From: a bacterium
Lineage (GTDB): Bacteria; SAR324; JACQKK01
Assembly: GCA_965240465.1 (NCBI GenBank)
Contig: OZ251219.1
Span: forward strand, 502,681-566,680
Reading direction: 5' to 3'
DNA: 64,000 nucleotides
This document shows, in pieces, positions 40,016 to 49,063 of this stretch. The notes under the pieces were generated by a model. The model was not told where the DNA came from. It was given only the letters and a program-made list of their open reading frames with translations, and did not search any database. Position numbers and translations under genes: made by a program. How positions within the stretch are numbered: the stretch's first letter is position 1; every line of letters starts with the position of its first letter.

Positions 40016-40576
40016 ATGTTGCGAATATCCTCTGGACAATGGAAAGGGCGTTCCTTGCGTGCCACTGCCGATGGGGTTCGTCCCACCAGTGCCCGAGTCC
40101 GAGCTGCCATATTTGATTCTCTTAGCACCCGTACCTGCCTTACTGGAGCAAGAGTGCTGGATTTGTTCGCTGGGAGCGGAGCCTTGGGTTTAGAAGCCTA
40201 CAGCCAAGGAGCTGCTTGGGTGGTCTTTGTAGAACCACACCGCCGCGTGATTGAAACCCTGAAGAAAAATATCGCTCAACTGAAACTGACCTCTTATCAA
40301 GTGATACATGCCAAAGCAGAAGATTGGCTTAAAAACCCGCCCCCGACCCAGCCATTTGATATCGCCCTTTTGGATGCTCCCTATCATTTCCCAGTTTTGC
40401 AAACCACCCTTGAATTGCTCGCCCAGCCCGGCTGGCTTAAAACAAAAGCCCTCATCGCTGCCGAAACTCACCACCATCACCAACTCAATTGCCCCCCCAG
40501 CTGGACACTCCAAAAAAACATCCGCCACGGAGATACCCTGCTACGGTTCTATCAAGTACAAGCACCCCCAAATTAA
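40016..40576 (+). CDS. rsmD: 16S rRNA (guanine966-N2)-methyltransferase RsmD
   Basis: RISSGQWKGRSL, RPTSARVRAAIFDSL, LDLFAGSGALGLEA and LDAPY are present. Confidence 0.85.
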   Translation: MLRISSGQWKGRSLRATADGVRPTSARVRAAIFDSLSTRTCLTGARVLDLFAGSGALGLEAYSQGAAWVVFVEPHRRVIETLKKNIAQLKLTSYQVIHAKAEDWLKNPPPTQPFDIALLDAPYHFPVLQTTLELLAQPGWLKTKALIAAETHHHHQLNCPPSWTLQKNIRHGDTLLRFYQVQAPPN

Positions 40577-40640
40577 TAGAGCACTGACTAATAGAGCACT
40601 GACTAATAGAGCACTGACTAATAAAATCCTGAGATCCCCC

Positions 40641-41426
40641 ATGAAACCCTATTCACCCTACTTTTGGCTGCTAGCCTTAGTGATTTACTCCTTTGGCAAT
40701 ATCCACCTAAGTGCGGCTCAAACTACCCACAAACCCTCACCGCTAGGCGTTATGTGGCTCACCAAAACCACCACCGCCTACACAGAAGGACCTACGGTTG
40801 GGCGTTCCTATCGCTTGTTGCGTAATCAATCGTATCCAGTCATCAATCTTACCATTGATGAACTAGGGCAAGCTTGGCGAAAATTAAAACTACCTCAGTA
40901 CTCCCAAACCAAGAGCGGAATAGGCTGGTCGCCACTGGAAGCCCATCAATTATCAGAAGGATATGAAACAGTGATCATCTACACCCAGCTACCTGAGGAT
41001 GTCCGTAGCCCCCTTAATTCTTTGCACCTGCTGGCGGATGATGTATTTTTGCTCAATGCCGAGCAGACCGTTCGTGGTTTTCCCCTCATTGTCTGGAATA
41101 AGGCTCGTTATCGCACCAAGGTGGTAGCCGAAGCTTGGGTTTTGGCTGAACATGGGATTTTTCGCGTAGGCATTACCGAAAAACACATGTTAGAAGCCTA
41201 TGAAGACATGGTGAGTCGTCAAATTTCCTTGCTCAAAAGAACTAGGTTGCTGAATGGAGTCGTACTACCCGGTGACAGTCAACAAGAAGTTCGTTGGGCC
41301 CTGGGCGAACCCTTACTAGTCAGATCAAAACGACAAGGCTATCTTAGAAAACAGGTCATTTGGGAATATCAGGGATTTGCGGTTTCATTTCAATCAGATG
41401 GTTTGATTGAAGTAACCATTCCCTAA
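40641..41426 (+). CDS. Hypothetical secreted protein (261 aa)
   Basis: The signal peptide MKPYSPYFWLLALVIYSFGNIHLSAAQ begins at the Met at 40641. The longer ORF from 40308 overlaps rsmD and a 15-nt repeat. Confidence 0.5.
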   Translation: MKPYSPYFWLLALVIYSFGNIHLSAAQTTHKPSPLGVMWLTKTTTAYTEGPTVGRSYRLLRNQSYPVINLTIDELGQAWRKLKLPQYSQTKSGIGWSPLEAHQLSEGYETVIIYTQLPEDVRSPLNSLHLLADDVFLLNAEQTVRGFPLIVWNKARYRTKVVAEAWVLAEHGIFRVGITEKHMLEAYEDMVSRQISLLKRTRLLNGVVLPGDSQQEVRWALGEPLLVRSKRQGYLRKQVIWEYQGFAVSFQSDGLIEVTIP

Positions 41427-41455
41427 TGCTTCCCCTTAGAATTGACTAGCTATTC

Positions 41456-42351
41456 TTGCCAGTCTCGCCCTACATGGCTTCTCCTCACGATACTCAACCC
41501 GTGGCTCTGGCGTCCCATCATTGGCGACTTTTGGCCCTATTGATAGATTATCTTTTCTGGTTGGGGATCATCAAGCTTGCTCAGCAATGGTTATTGCCCC
41601 CTGCTTGGGATGTCAGCAATGGTTATTGCCCCCTGCTTGGGATGTCGCTCTTATAAAAAACCCCCCGACTACTAATTTCAGCTGGTTACTGCTTTTGTGG
41701 CTCTTACTATCCTTGCGAGACTTTCCTAGGGGTTGTGGATTAGGCAAATGCCTAACAGGATTGGCAGTGGTTAGTGCCATCCATCCTCAACAACCCCCCT
41801 CGCTGAAACAATTAATACTCAGAAACCTCACTCTACCACTACTTCCCTTAGAAGCTTGGCTCGTCTTCAGGCATCGCTATGGCTTCCGTTGGGGAGATCG
41901 CCTAGCTAGCAGCGTGGTGGTCACTCCCGCTAAAACCCTCAAACCTCTCACCCGATTATGGGGCCTGCTGAGCCTCTTGTTTGCCTTCTCTTTAATGGCT
42001 TTATCAGTCAACGGGCGTACCCTCCAACGTAGCCAAGCCTTCCAAACCGCCATCGCTTTTGCTTCTAGTCATCCCACTACCAAAAAATGGAAAAAACCCA
42101 TCGCATTCTCCAAACGAGGACAACTTAACCTGAAAACCCATCCTAACCCCTCCGCCTGCCTCGTACTTTTAAGCAAAACACCCCCAAAAAAGGCTAAACT
42201 GGAAATCACCCTCCAGTGGCAAACAAAAACTAAACTGAAAAATATCAAACCTAAACAAACCCAACTACCACAGCAACCTCAACACTGGCAACCTAAAGAA
42301 CTTCACCTCCTCAGCAAAAATAAAAAACCCTGCCCCAATACTCAATCATAG
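41456..42351 (+). pseudogene. RDD-family membrane protein disrupted by a 32-bp tandem duplication (frameshift)
   Basis: ORF 41456 (..HHWRLLALLIDYLFWLGIIKLAQQWLLPPAWDV) and ORF 41521 (QQWLLPPAWDVALIKN...LRDFPRGCGLGKCLTGLAVV...RWGDRLASSVVV) join into one RDD protein if one copy of 41583-41614 / 41615-41646 is removed. Confidence 0.7.
41583..41646. repeat. Perfect 32-bp direct tandem duplication (AGCAATGGTTATTGCCCCCTGCTTGGGATGTC x2)
   Basis: Read directly. Confidence 0.95.
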
Positions 42352-42458
42352 ATTCCACCGTCATTTATTTTGCCACCGTCATTTATCTTGCCACCCCCCC
42401 CCCCCAGCCCCTCAGCCTCCCAGCCCCTCAGTCTCCCAGCCCCCTTCCCTCGCTAAAC

Positions 42459-45284
42459 ATGAATATCTTCCCCAACCAAACCCCGCCTGTTGACCCCATC
42501 AAGTCTGAGACCCTAGTACTCGCTCCACAAGAACTTGCTCCACAAGAGCTCGCTCCAAAAAACACTCCGCCAGAGACTGCGGCTCCCGTGATGTTCATCA
42601 TAGACACCATGGCGATTCTCTATCGTTCCCACTTTGCCATGCTAAAGAATCCCCTCATCAATTCCAGCGGAATGAACACCAGTGGCATTTTTGGTCTTAC
42701 CAAGATGCTGTTACGTATTATTCAGCACCAAAATCCCTCCTTTCTAGCCATCACCTCCGATGCCCCTCCGCCTACTTTTCGTCATCTTCGTTACCCCGAT
42801 TACAAAGCCACCCGAGAAAAAATCCCTACCGAACTGGCAGAACAACTACCCTATATCCCCCGCTTAGTAGAAGCCTTGGGATTGCCCTTTTTCATCCTAA
42901 AAGGCTGGGAAGCCGATGACCTGATTGGCACTCTGGCTAAGCGGGCTCAGAGCCAGAGCATCACCAGTGTTATTGTCAGCGGGGACAAAGACCTACTACA
43001 GCTGCTTAGTTCCCACACCCTATTATTCAATCCCAAGGACTCTCAAACCGAAGGCGAAGAAGCTGCTTTCCAGCGTTTTGGTTGTCCTCCTTGCCAAGTG
43101 ACCCAAGTGTTGGGCTTGATGGGAGACACATCTGATAATATCCCTGGAGTACCTGGCATCGGAGTCAAAACGGCTGCCAAGCTGATAAATCAATTTCAGA
43201 GCTTAGAAAACCTCTACCAAAACCTGAATGAACTGCCGACTAGCAAATTGAAAGAGCGTCTGATTGCCCATCAAGAGCAAGCTTTTTTGTCTAGAGAACT
43301 AGCCACCATTAAAACCGATGCCCCCCTGGAAATTGATTGGGAAGCCCTGCGTTTTAAGCCTCAGCGACTTAAGGAAAATCCTCAGTGGCTGGAATTATTG
43401 CAGGAACTAAACTTTAATTCCCTTCACAATCTATGGTCTCAGGCTGAAGGACTCGGTAAGAACCAAATCCCAGCTACTGAATCCACTGACAAGGAAAAAA
43501 TCCACCCCTACATTTTCAAATCTCTGGCAGCTTTTCAAGCCCAAGCTGAGCGTTGGAAGCAAGCTCCTCTATTAGCATTCAGCACCAAAACCACTTCTCC
43601 TGATTGGCAAACCAGCTCACTATCGGGGATCTCCTTTTGCGTTGATGACCAACACAGCTATTATTTGCCTTTTGACCAAGCTCGCATTAAGGCTCAGCAG
43701 CAACCAATCTGGATGGTGCTAAAAAACCTGCTGGAAGATGAAAAACTCCCCAAGGCAGCCCACGACCTTAAACACGAAATGCAGACACTCTTAGGCATTG
43801 AACTAAAAGGGGCCTGCTCGGATACCATGATCGCCTCCCATCTAAATTCCCCCACCGAACGAGATCACGACCTAGGACACCTCGCCCTGAGAGAACTAAA
43901 CCGAGTCCCATCCTCTAATAACCCCGAATTACCACTAGATGTACCCATTACTCAAGCAGCCTCAATGGCAGCTGAGAATGTCCAAGACATCTTTCAATTG
44001 GTTAAATGTTTTGCTCCTCGCTTGAAAAAAAGCGGTCAATTACCTCTGTTTGAAAAGCTGGAAGTTCCCTTGACCAAGGTGCTGATGAAAATGGAACGAG
44101 TAGGAATCCGCTTTGATAGTGAAGGATGCCAAAAATTACACGCTGAGATAACTCAAAAATTGGAGCAACTAAAGCAACGTATCTATGAACTGGCAAATCA
44201 AAAAGAATTTAATCTGAATTCGGTGTCCTCCTTGCAACAGGTACTTTATGAAAACCTACGCCTGCACGAAAAACTAGGCGTACGCCCGCGACGCATTAAA
44301 CTGGGTATGGGACTCTCCACCGATGAGGAAACTTTGGAAAGCATGCGTTCTCATCCGCTGCCTGAGGCACTCTTAAAATGGAGGGAATTTAATAAATTGA
44401 GATCTACCTATCTGGAACAACTAAGCTCATTTGTTAATCCTAAAACCAATCACATCCACACCCACTTCCGCCAAACAGTGGCTGCTACCGGTAGGCTGGC
44501 CTCGGATAAACCTAATCTGCAAAACATCCCCATCCGCAGCGAAGAAGGACGTAAACTGCGAACCCTATTTCTACCCTCTTCTCCTCAGCATGTCCTGTTC
44601 TCTGCCGACTACAGCCAAATAGAACTCCGAGTACTCGCACACTACTCCCAAGACCCAACCTTCATCAAAGCCTTTCAACAAGAAGAAGATATACACATGC
44701 TCACCGCTATGACCCTCTTTGATATTCCCAAAGAACAAATCACCAGAACTAAACGCTCCATTGCCAAAGAAGTTAACTTCGGACTCATCTACCGCATGGG
44801 ACCCGATAAACTCGCACAAGTCACCCAAACTAATCGCGAACAAGCTAAACAATTCATCCAACGCTTCTTTCAACGATACCAAACCATCCGACAACTTCAA
44901 GATGACCTCATCGCCAAAGCCCGAAAAGAAGGCTATGCCCAAACCCAGCTCGGTAGAAAAAGACCCCTCCCCGAACTCCAACAATCTCAAACCCTCGCTT
45001 CCCGAAATGCTGAAGGAGCTGCCATCAATACTCCCATCCAAGGCACCGCCGCAGAAATTATCAAATGTGCCATGCTTAAGGTCAGCCAACGCCTCCAAAA
45101 AGAAAACCTCCAAACCAATATGCTGCTTAGCATCCACGATGAACTCCTGTTTGATGCCCCCAAACAAGAACTAAATCACCTTAAAATACTGGTCAAAGAA
45201 GAAATGGAAAATGCCATGCAACTAAAAATACCCCTGAAAATAGAATCTGGACATGGCCCTAACTGGCTAGCCGCCCATCCCTAG
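42459..45284 (+). CDS. polA: DNA polymerase I
   Basis: The 5' nuclease is ...DGNSL-type (IIDTMAILYRSHFA, GWEADDLIGTLA, GDKDLLQL, GD.SDNIPGVPGIGVKTA). Pol motif A is DYSQIELRVLAH and motif B is RSIAKEVNFGLIYRMG. HDEL is also present. The likely start is the Met at 42591, because the upstream part is the (LAPQE)n repeat. Confidence 0.95.
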   Translation: MNIFPNQTPPVDPIKSETLVLAPQELAPQELAPKNTPPETAAPVMFIIDTMAILYRSHFAMLKNPLINSSGMNTSGIFGLTKMLLRIIQHQNPSFLAITSDAPPPTFRHLRYPDYKATREKIPTELAEQLPYIPRLVEALGLPFFILKGWEADDLIGTLAKRAQSQSITSVIVSGDKDLLQLLSSHTLLFNPKDSQTEGEEAAFQRFGCPPCQVTQVLGLMGDTSDNIPGVPGIGVKTAAKLINQFQSLENLYQNLNELPTSKLKERLIAHQEQAFLSRELATIKTDAPLEIDWEALRFKPQRLKENPQWLELLQELNFNSLHNLWSQAEGLGKNQIPATESTDKEKIHPYIFKSLAAFQAQAERWKQAPLLAFSTKTTSPDWQTSSLSGISFCVDDQHSYYLPFDQARIKAQQQPIWMVLKNLLEDEKLPKAAHDLKHEMQTLLGIELKGACSDTMIASHLNSPTERDHDLGHLALRELNRVPSSNNPELPLDVPITQAASMAAENVQDIFQLVKCFAPRLKKSGQLPLFEKLEVPLTKVLMKMERVGIRFDSEGCQKLHAEITQKLEQLKQRIYELANQKEFNLNSVSSLQQVLYENLRLHEKLGVRPRRIKLGMGLSTDEETLESMRSHPLPEALLKWREFNKLRSTYLEQLSSFVNPKTNHIHTHFRQTVAATGRLASDKPNLQNIPIRSEEGRKLRTLFLPSSPQHVLFSADYSQIELRVLAHYSQDPTFIKAFQQEEDIHMLTAMTLFDIPKEQITRTKRSIAKEVNFGLIYRMGPDKLAQVTQTNREQAKQFIQRFFQRYQTIRQLQDDLIAKARKEGYAQTQLGRKRPLPELQQSQTLASRNAEGAAINTPIQGTAAEIIKCAMLKVSQRLQKENLQTNMLLSIHDELLFDAPKQELNHLKILVKEEMENAMQLKIPLKIESGHGPNWLAAHP

Positions 45285-45331
45285 CCGCCCATCCCTAGCC
45301 GCCCATCCCTAGCCGCCCATCCCTAGCCGCC
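45267..45331. repeat. 14-bp tandem repeat (CTAGCCGCCCATCC) x4.6 between convergent polA and the lptE-like gene
   Basis: Both the polA TAG (45282-84) and the minus-strand TAG (45323-25) lie in the palindromic CTAG of the unit. Confidence 0.9.
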
Positions 45332-45868
45332 ATTGTTAAGCAGTTGGGTTTTTACTTGGGTTGCAAACCGAAGCAGGGTTTGATCTAGAGCTCGGTCGGT
45401 GAGTACGGGATCTTCCAGCCTCTCATCGGGAATGGTTATGGTGTATTGGGTTTTGATTATTTTTGGTCCCCAGAATGGTTTCCTATCGGTGGTTTTGTGA
45501 AGGGTGATTTGTCCTTGGAGGTCGTAGTTAAGCTGTCGGAAGGTTTTTGCTGAGGAGCTTTCTGCTGAGGAGCTTTCTGCTAAGAAGCTTTTTGCTAAGG
45601 AGTGTGAACGGGAGACGCTATTGAGGGTGATATAAAGTATCACCTGACTGTTGGAAGATTTTACCAGTTGGAGGGTATGGTGCTGTGCAAATTGATTTCT
45701 TAGGTGTTGGCGCAAACGGGTATCCAGTTCGGGGATGCTTGTTTGGTTTTGTACGGGGGCGATCCAGAGTCGGTTTGTGCCTTCGGGCAGGGACAAAGAG
45801 ACGGAACGGTAAGCACACCCAGTTGCAAGCAGGGCGAAGCAGAAACAAAGAGATAGACAGACCTTCAC
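45323..45868 (-). CDS. Outer-membrane lipoprotein, LptE-like
   Basis: A GTG start gives MKVCLSLCFCFALLATGC (lipobox LATGC). Size and the GC-AYR...P pattern are reminiscent of LptE/RlpB. There is an internal (AESSS)n repeat. The longer ORF to 45940 runs into the 83-bp repeat. Confidence 0.45.
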   Translation of the reverse strand: MKVCLSLCFCFALLATGCAYRSVSLSLPEGTNRLWIAPVQNQTSIPELDTRLRQHLRNQFAQHHTLQLVKSSNSQVILYITLNSVSRSHSLAKSFLAESSSAESSSAKTFRQLNYDLQGQITLHKTTDRKPFWGPKIIKTQYTITIPDERLEDPVLTDRALDQTLLRFATQVKTQLLNNGG

Positions 45869-45869
45869 A

Positions 45870-46175
45870 TGTACTGGGCTGTTTTCATTCAAAGAGATGG
45901 GCTGGGACAGAGCCTCAATTTGCAACCGTTCAAGCCTCACACGGATCCAACACGTACTGGGCTGTTTTCATTCAAAGAGATGGGCTGGGACAGAGCCTCA
46001 ATTTGCAACCGTTCAAGCCTCACACGGATCCAACACGTACTGGGCTGTTTTCATTCAAAGAGATGAGCTGGGACAGAGCCTCAATTTGCAACCGTTCAAG
46101 CCTCACACGGATCCAACACGTACTGGGCTGTTTTCATTCAAAGAGATGAGCTGGGACGGAGCCTCAACATGACTG
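45870..46175. repeat. 83-bp tandem repeat, about 3.7 copies, abutting the lptE-like start
   Basis: GTACTGG recurs at 45871, 45954, 46037 and 46120. Copies differ by 1-3 substitutions. Confidence 0.95.
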
Positions 46176-46178
46176 GTT

Positions 46179-47294
46179 TTATTCGTCGTCATTCAAGCCA
46201 GACATAGCTGGGACCACTGCTTCAGCTTCATTTAGTATCTTGGATTTGTATGATTCGGATGCTGCGGTAGGTGCATCGCCTACGATTTTTTCTCTGGGGA
46301 CATATTTTTGTGTTTCCAGTTTTAGTTGGGAGGTATCCAGGGATTCGTTGATCATTTCACTTGAGCGAATAAGTGAGGTAGCGAATAGGTCTCTGGAGCG
46401 GGCACTAGCTTCATCGAGCAGATCTATGCGATTAATTTTATCGTAGTAAAGGTCTGCCAGTTGAGTGGTATGAATGTTGGCTGGGTCATCAATCAGTACG
46501 GTTCGTACTTTTAGTCCATCAATGATTTTTCGTCTAGTGTTCACTTTTTTACGAGCTCTATCAAGGATGCCTTCTAGTTCACGGAACACCAGTTCTTCAC
46601 TAACGGGTAGGCAATGATCGTGGGTTTCATCATAGGCGACCAGGTTTTGGTGAATGATATGCTCTAAGTTGTAGTAGATGCGTTCCAGGGCATTTTTTCC
46701 GCCGTGGATGGGGAGGAACAGGTTTTGGCGATTGACCCCGTATCCGAAGGTGTACATTCGTACTCCGAGATGCATGGTTAACACTTTGGAGATACTTTCT
46801 TTCATGTAGCTATCCCTTTCAAAGGGAGTTGTTTCGTGTTCCATGCGGTAGTTTTTCATTACTCGGTGAGACAGGTCGGTGCGATGAGGGAGTAGGGCAA
46901 GGAATTTTTCAATTTCGCGACGTACCAGACTGGTTTCATTGCCATCAAAAACCAAGTGTGTAAGGCCATGGTGGGTGGTTCTGGGATTGACAGACACGTA
47001 GTAGCCCCATAGTTGATCAAAAACGATGCCTGCCATTTCATTATAGGCGACATCGTCAGTGCCTTCAAAAGGAACGCTGATAACGGTAATTTGCTTATTG
47101 GCTAGGGGGCCTTCCACTACCAAGCGGAGGGTGGTTTCCACTTGGAAGAAATTCCGGATGTTATTGGCAATACTGCTGATGATGGGCTCATGCTCTTCAT
47201 AGCGCGGAGTGTAATCTTCTGGACGAATATAAACACTGCCCGAAGGGCGTGGCTCAACCATAAACTGAGAGGAAGGCGTAGATTCAATAGCCAT
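46179..47294 (-). CDS. Hypothetical protein (371 aa), no recognisable family
   Basis: Long clean ORF with non-repetitive, balanced composition. It has no TM segment or signal peptide. About 570 bp of AT-rich DNA lies upstream. Confidence 0.6.
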   Translation of the reverse strand: MAIESTPSSQFMVEPRPSGSVYIRPEDYTPRYEEHEPIISSIANNIRNFFQVETTLRLVVEGPLANKQITVISVPFEGTDDVAYNEMAGIVFDQLWGYYVSVNPRTTHHGLTHLVFDGNETSLVRREIEKFLALLPHRTDLSHRVMKNYRMEHETTPFERDSYMKESISKVLTMHLGVRMYTFGYGVNRQNLFLPIHGGKNALERIYYNLEHIIHQNLVAYDETHDHCLPVSEELVFRELEGILDRARKKVNTRRKIIDGLKVRTVLIDDPANIHTTQLADLYYDKINRIDLLDEASARSRDLFATSLIRSSEMINESLDTSQLKLETQKYVPREKIVGDAPTAASESYKSKILNEAEAVVPAMSGLNDDE

Positions 47295-47862
47295 GGTAGG
47301 TAATTCTCCTATGTATTTTCTAAGGTATTAAAAATGAAACTCAAAACTGTTGGTAAATTAACTCACTAAAACAAGTACCCGTACTTCCTCAGTACCTCTT
47401 CTGGACATCCCCTGTCAATACTTCTGTACCAAATAACACTTAATAAAACAACCTTCAATAAAAAAATACCACCATACTTAATAAACATTACCTTTCACCT
47501 TATAATAATAGTGGCTGGGTGTCAATGTTTTCTTATGTTTTTGCCTGTTATTTACATCTACCAAATCTTCCTTTTTACCCTATGAATAGCAATGAGTTAA
47601 ATCTCGGTGTTTTCCTACAACCAGAACATTTAGCGAATGTTTTCAGTAAATCTTTTTGGCAAACTGGACGATATCCTGCTACTATATGTAGGACGGACTA
47701 TATTCAAGGCGAATACAGACATCAATTTCGTAGCGTAGATATAGGCTAGGGTTTGTTCAAGATGTATTTGGCACTATAATTTTTGTGGCATGTCAAATAA
47801 ATAAATCGCGGAATTTTATCGGTAACTTCTATAATTTACCTGAATTTTAAGGATCTAATCGC

Positions 47863-48591
47863 TTGTCAACACTCAGCCAACAAAATTTAACTCCCAGCAA
47901 AAAAAACCTGCTCAGCACCTTGCTTGATCATCAGGTACTAAAATTGGGCAATTTCACCCTTAAAAATGGTCGCCATTCGCCTTATTTTCTTGATTTTGGG
48001 ATGCTAAACAACGGAACCCTAATAAAACTAGGAGAATGCTTCGCAGAGACCATCAAAAAGCAAGTCCGTGCCGATGATCTTAAAAAGGAATTGATTATCT
48101 TCGGACCTGCCTATAAGGGAATTGCCCTGGCTATCTCCACTGCCAACGCCTTAGAAAAAAAATTGAAGAAACAAGTAAGCTGGTTGTTCAATCGTAAGGA
48201 AATCAAAAAGCACGGCGAAGGCGGTCGCTGGGTAGGAAAAATACCTGATGAAAGTACCACCATCATCATGGTTGATGATGTCATCACAGATGGCAAATCC
48301 AAACTGGATGCCTTGGAAATGATCCGAGAAGATTTTAACACCTCAGTCCAAGCAATAGTGGTAGGATTTAATCGCTCAGAAACCGAAGAGAAAAGTCTAG
48401 CCATAGACATCCCGCTCTACTCGCTACTCAGTCTGAGTGACCTGCCAGATAAAATTAAAGCCGATCTATACTCCGACCATACCCAGCTTTCTAATGAAAA
48501 AACCGACCGCCACAACCTTGATAAAATGCCCTGCCCCTCCAGCTCTGACGCTCAAACGAGCCCAAACACTCTGGCAGCAAAGCCGCGTTGA
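47863..48591 (+). CDS. pyrE: Orotate phosphoribosyltransferase
   Basis: LKLGNFTLKNGRHSPYFLDFG, GPAYKGI and the PRPP loop IIMVDDVITDGKS are present. TTG start. The C-terminal tail is about 45 aa longer than usual. Confidence 0.8.
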   Translation: MSTLSQQNLTPSKKNLLSTLLDHQVLKLGNFTLKNGRHSPYFLDFGMLNNGTLIKLGECFAETIKKQVRADDLKKELIIFGPAYKGIALAISTANALEKKLKKQVSWLFNRKEIKKHGEGGRWVGKIPDESTTIIMVDDVITDGKSKLDALEMIREDFNTSVQAIVVGFNRSETEEKSLAIDIPLYSLLSLSDLPDKIKADLYSDHTQLSNEKTDRHNLDKMPCPSSSDAQTSPNTLAAKPR

Positions 48592-48949
48592 TGCCAAACA
48601 AGCCCAGCGACTTTCTGGCTCGGATCCAGTTAAAAGTAGCTTCCTCAGCCTGCAAACAGGCATAAACACTCTCGCTACAGTAGCTGTCCTGCTAAGGCAA
48701 CACACCCCACCCATGCATAGCCTCACCCAACTGATAGCCTCAGCCGCCGATCAGCCATCCTTTCAACACCTCCTGCCACAACTACTGCCCGCCTGTGCTG
48801 AACTAGAAAAAGCTAGCCAACTCAACCCCTTCCAAAAACCACCCCCTAACTCCAAAAAACAAGCAAAACAATTCCTCCAACTAGCAAAACAAATTCGCTC
48901 CACCACCCAAGACTGGCTCCAAAAACAAGGCTTCTCCCATTTTTCATAA
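48494..48949 (+). CDS. Hypothetical helical protein (possibly HEPN-like; tentative)
   Basis: The ORF overlaps the pyrE tail in another frame. Its helical A/L/Q-rich pattern is the only clue, and the start is uncertain. Confidence 0.3.
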   Translation: MKKPTATTLIKCPAPPALTLKRAQTLWQQSRVDAKQAQRLSGSDPVKSSFLSLQTGINTLATVAVLLRQHTPPMHSLTQLIASAADQPSFQHLLPQLLPACAELEKASQLNPFQKPPPNSKKQAKQFLQLAKQIRSTTQDWLQKQGFSHFS

Positions 48950-49063
48950 AGATAAGCTCACCAGAAATTATCAGTCTGGCATCTCATATTCTTTCATGCC
49001 CCTAGCTCCTCGTTCTTTGTTCTCCGTTCTCCGTTCTTTGTTCTCCGTTCTTTGTTCTCCGTG

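Noticed and set aside
44571-45167. Long antisense or alternative-frame ORFs inside large genes: polA 44571..45167(-) and 44719..45174(+); GLUG gene 26694..27402(-); nadC 29437..30036(+); CDP-alcohol transferase gene 18581..19009(+); uvrA 62976..63629(+).
   Set aside because: They are fully embedded in genes with strong motif support, and have skewed composition and no independent signals.
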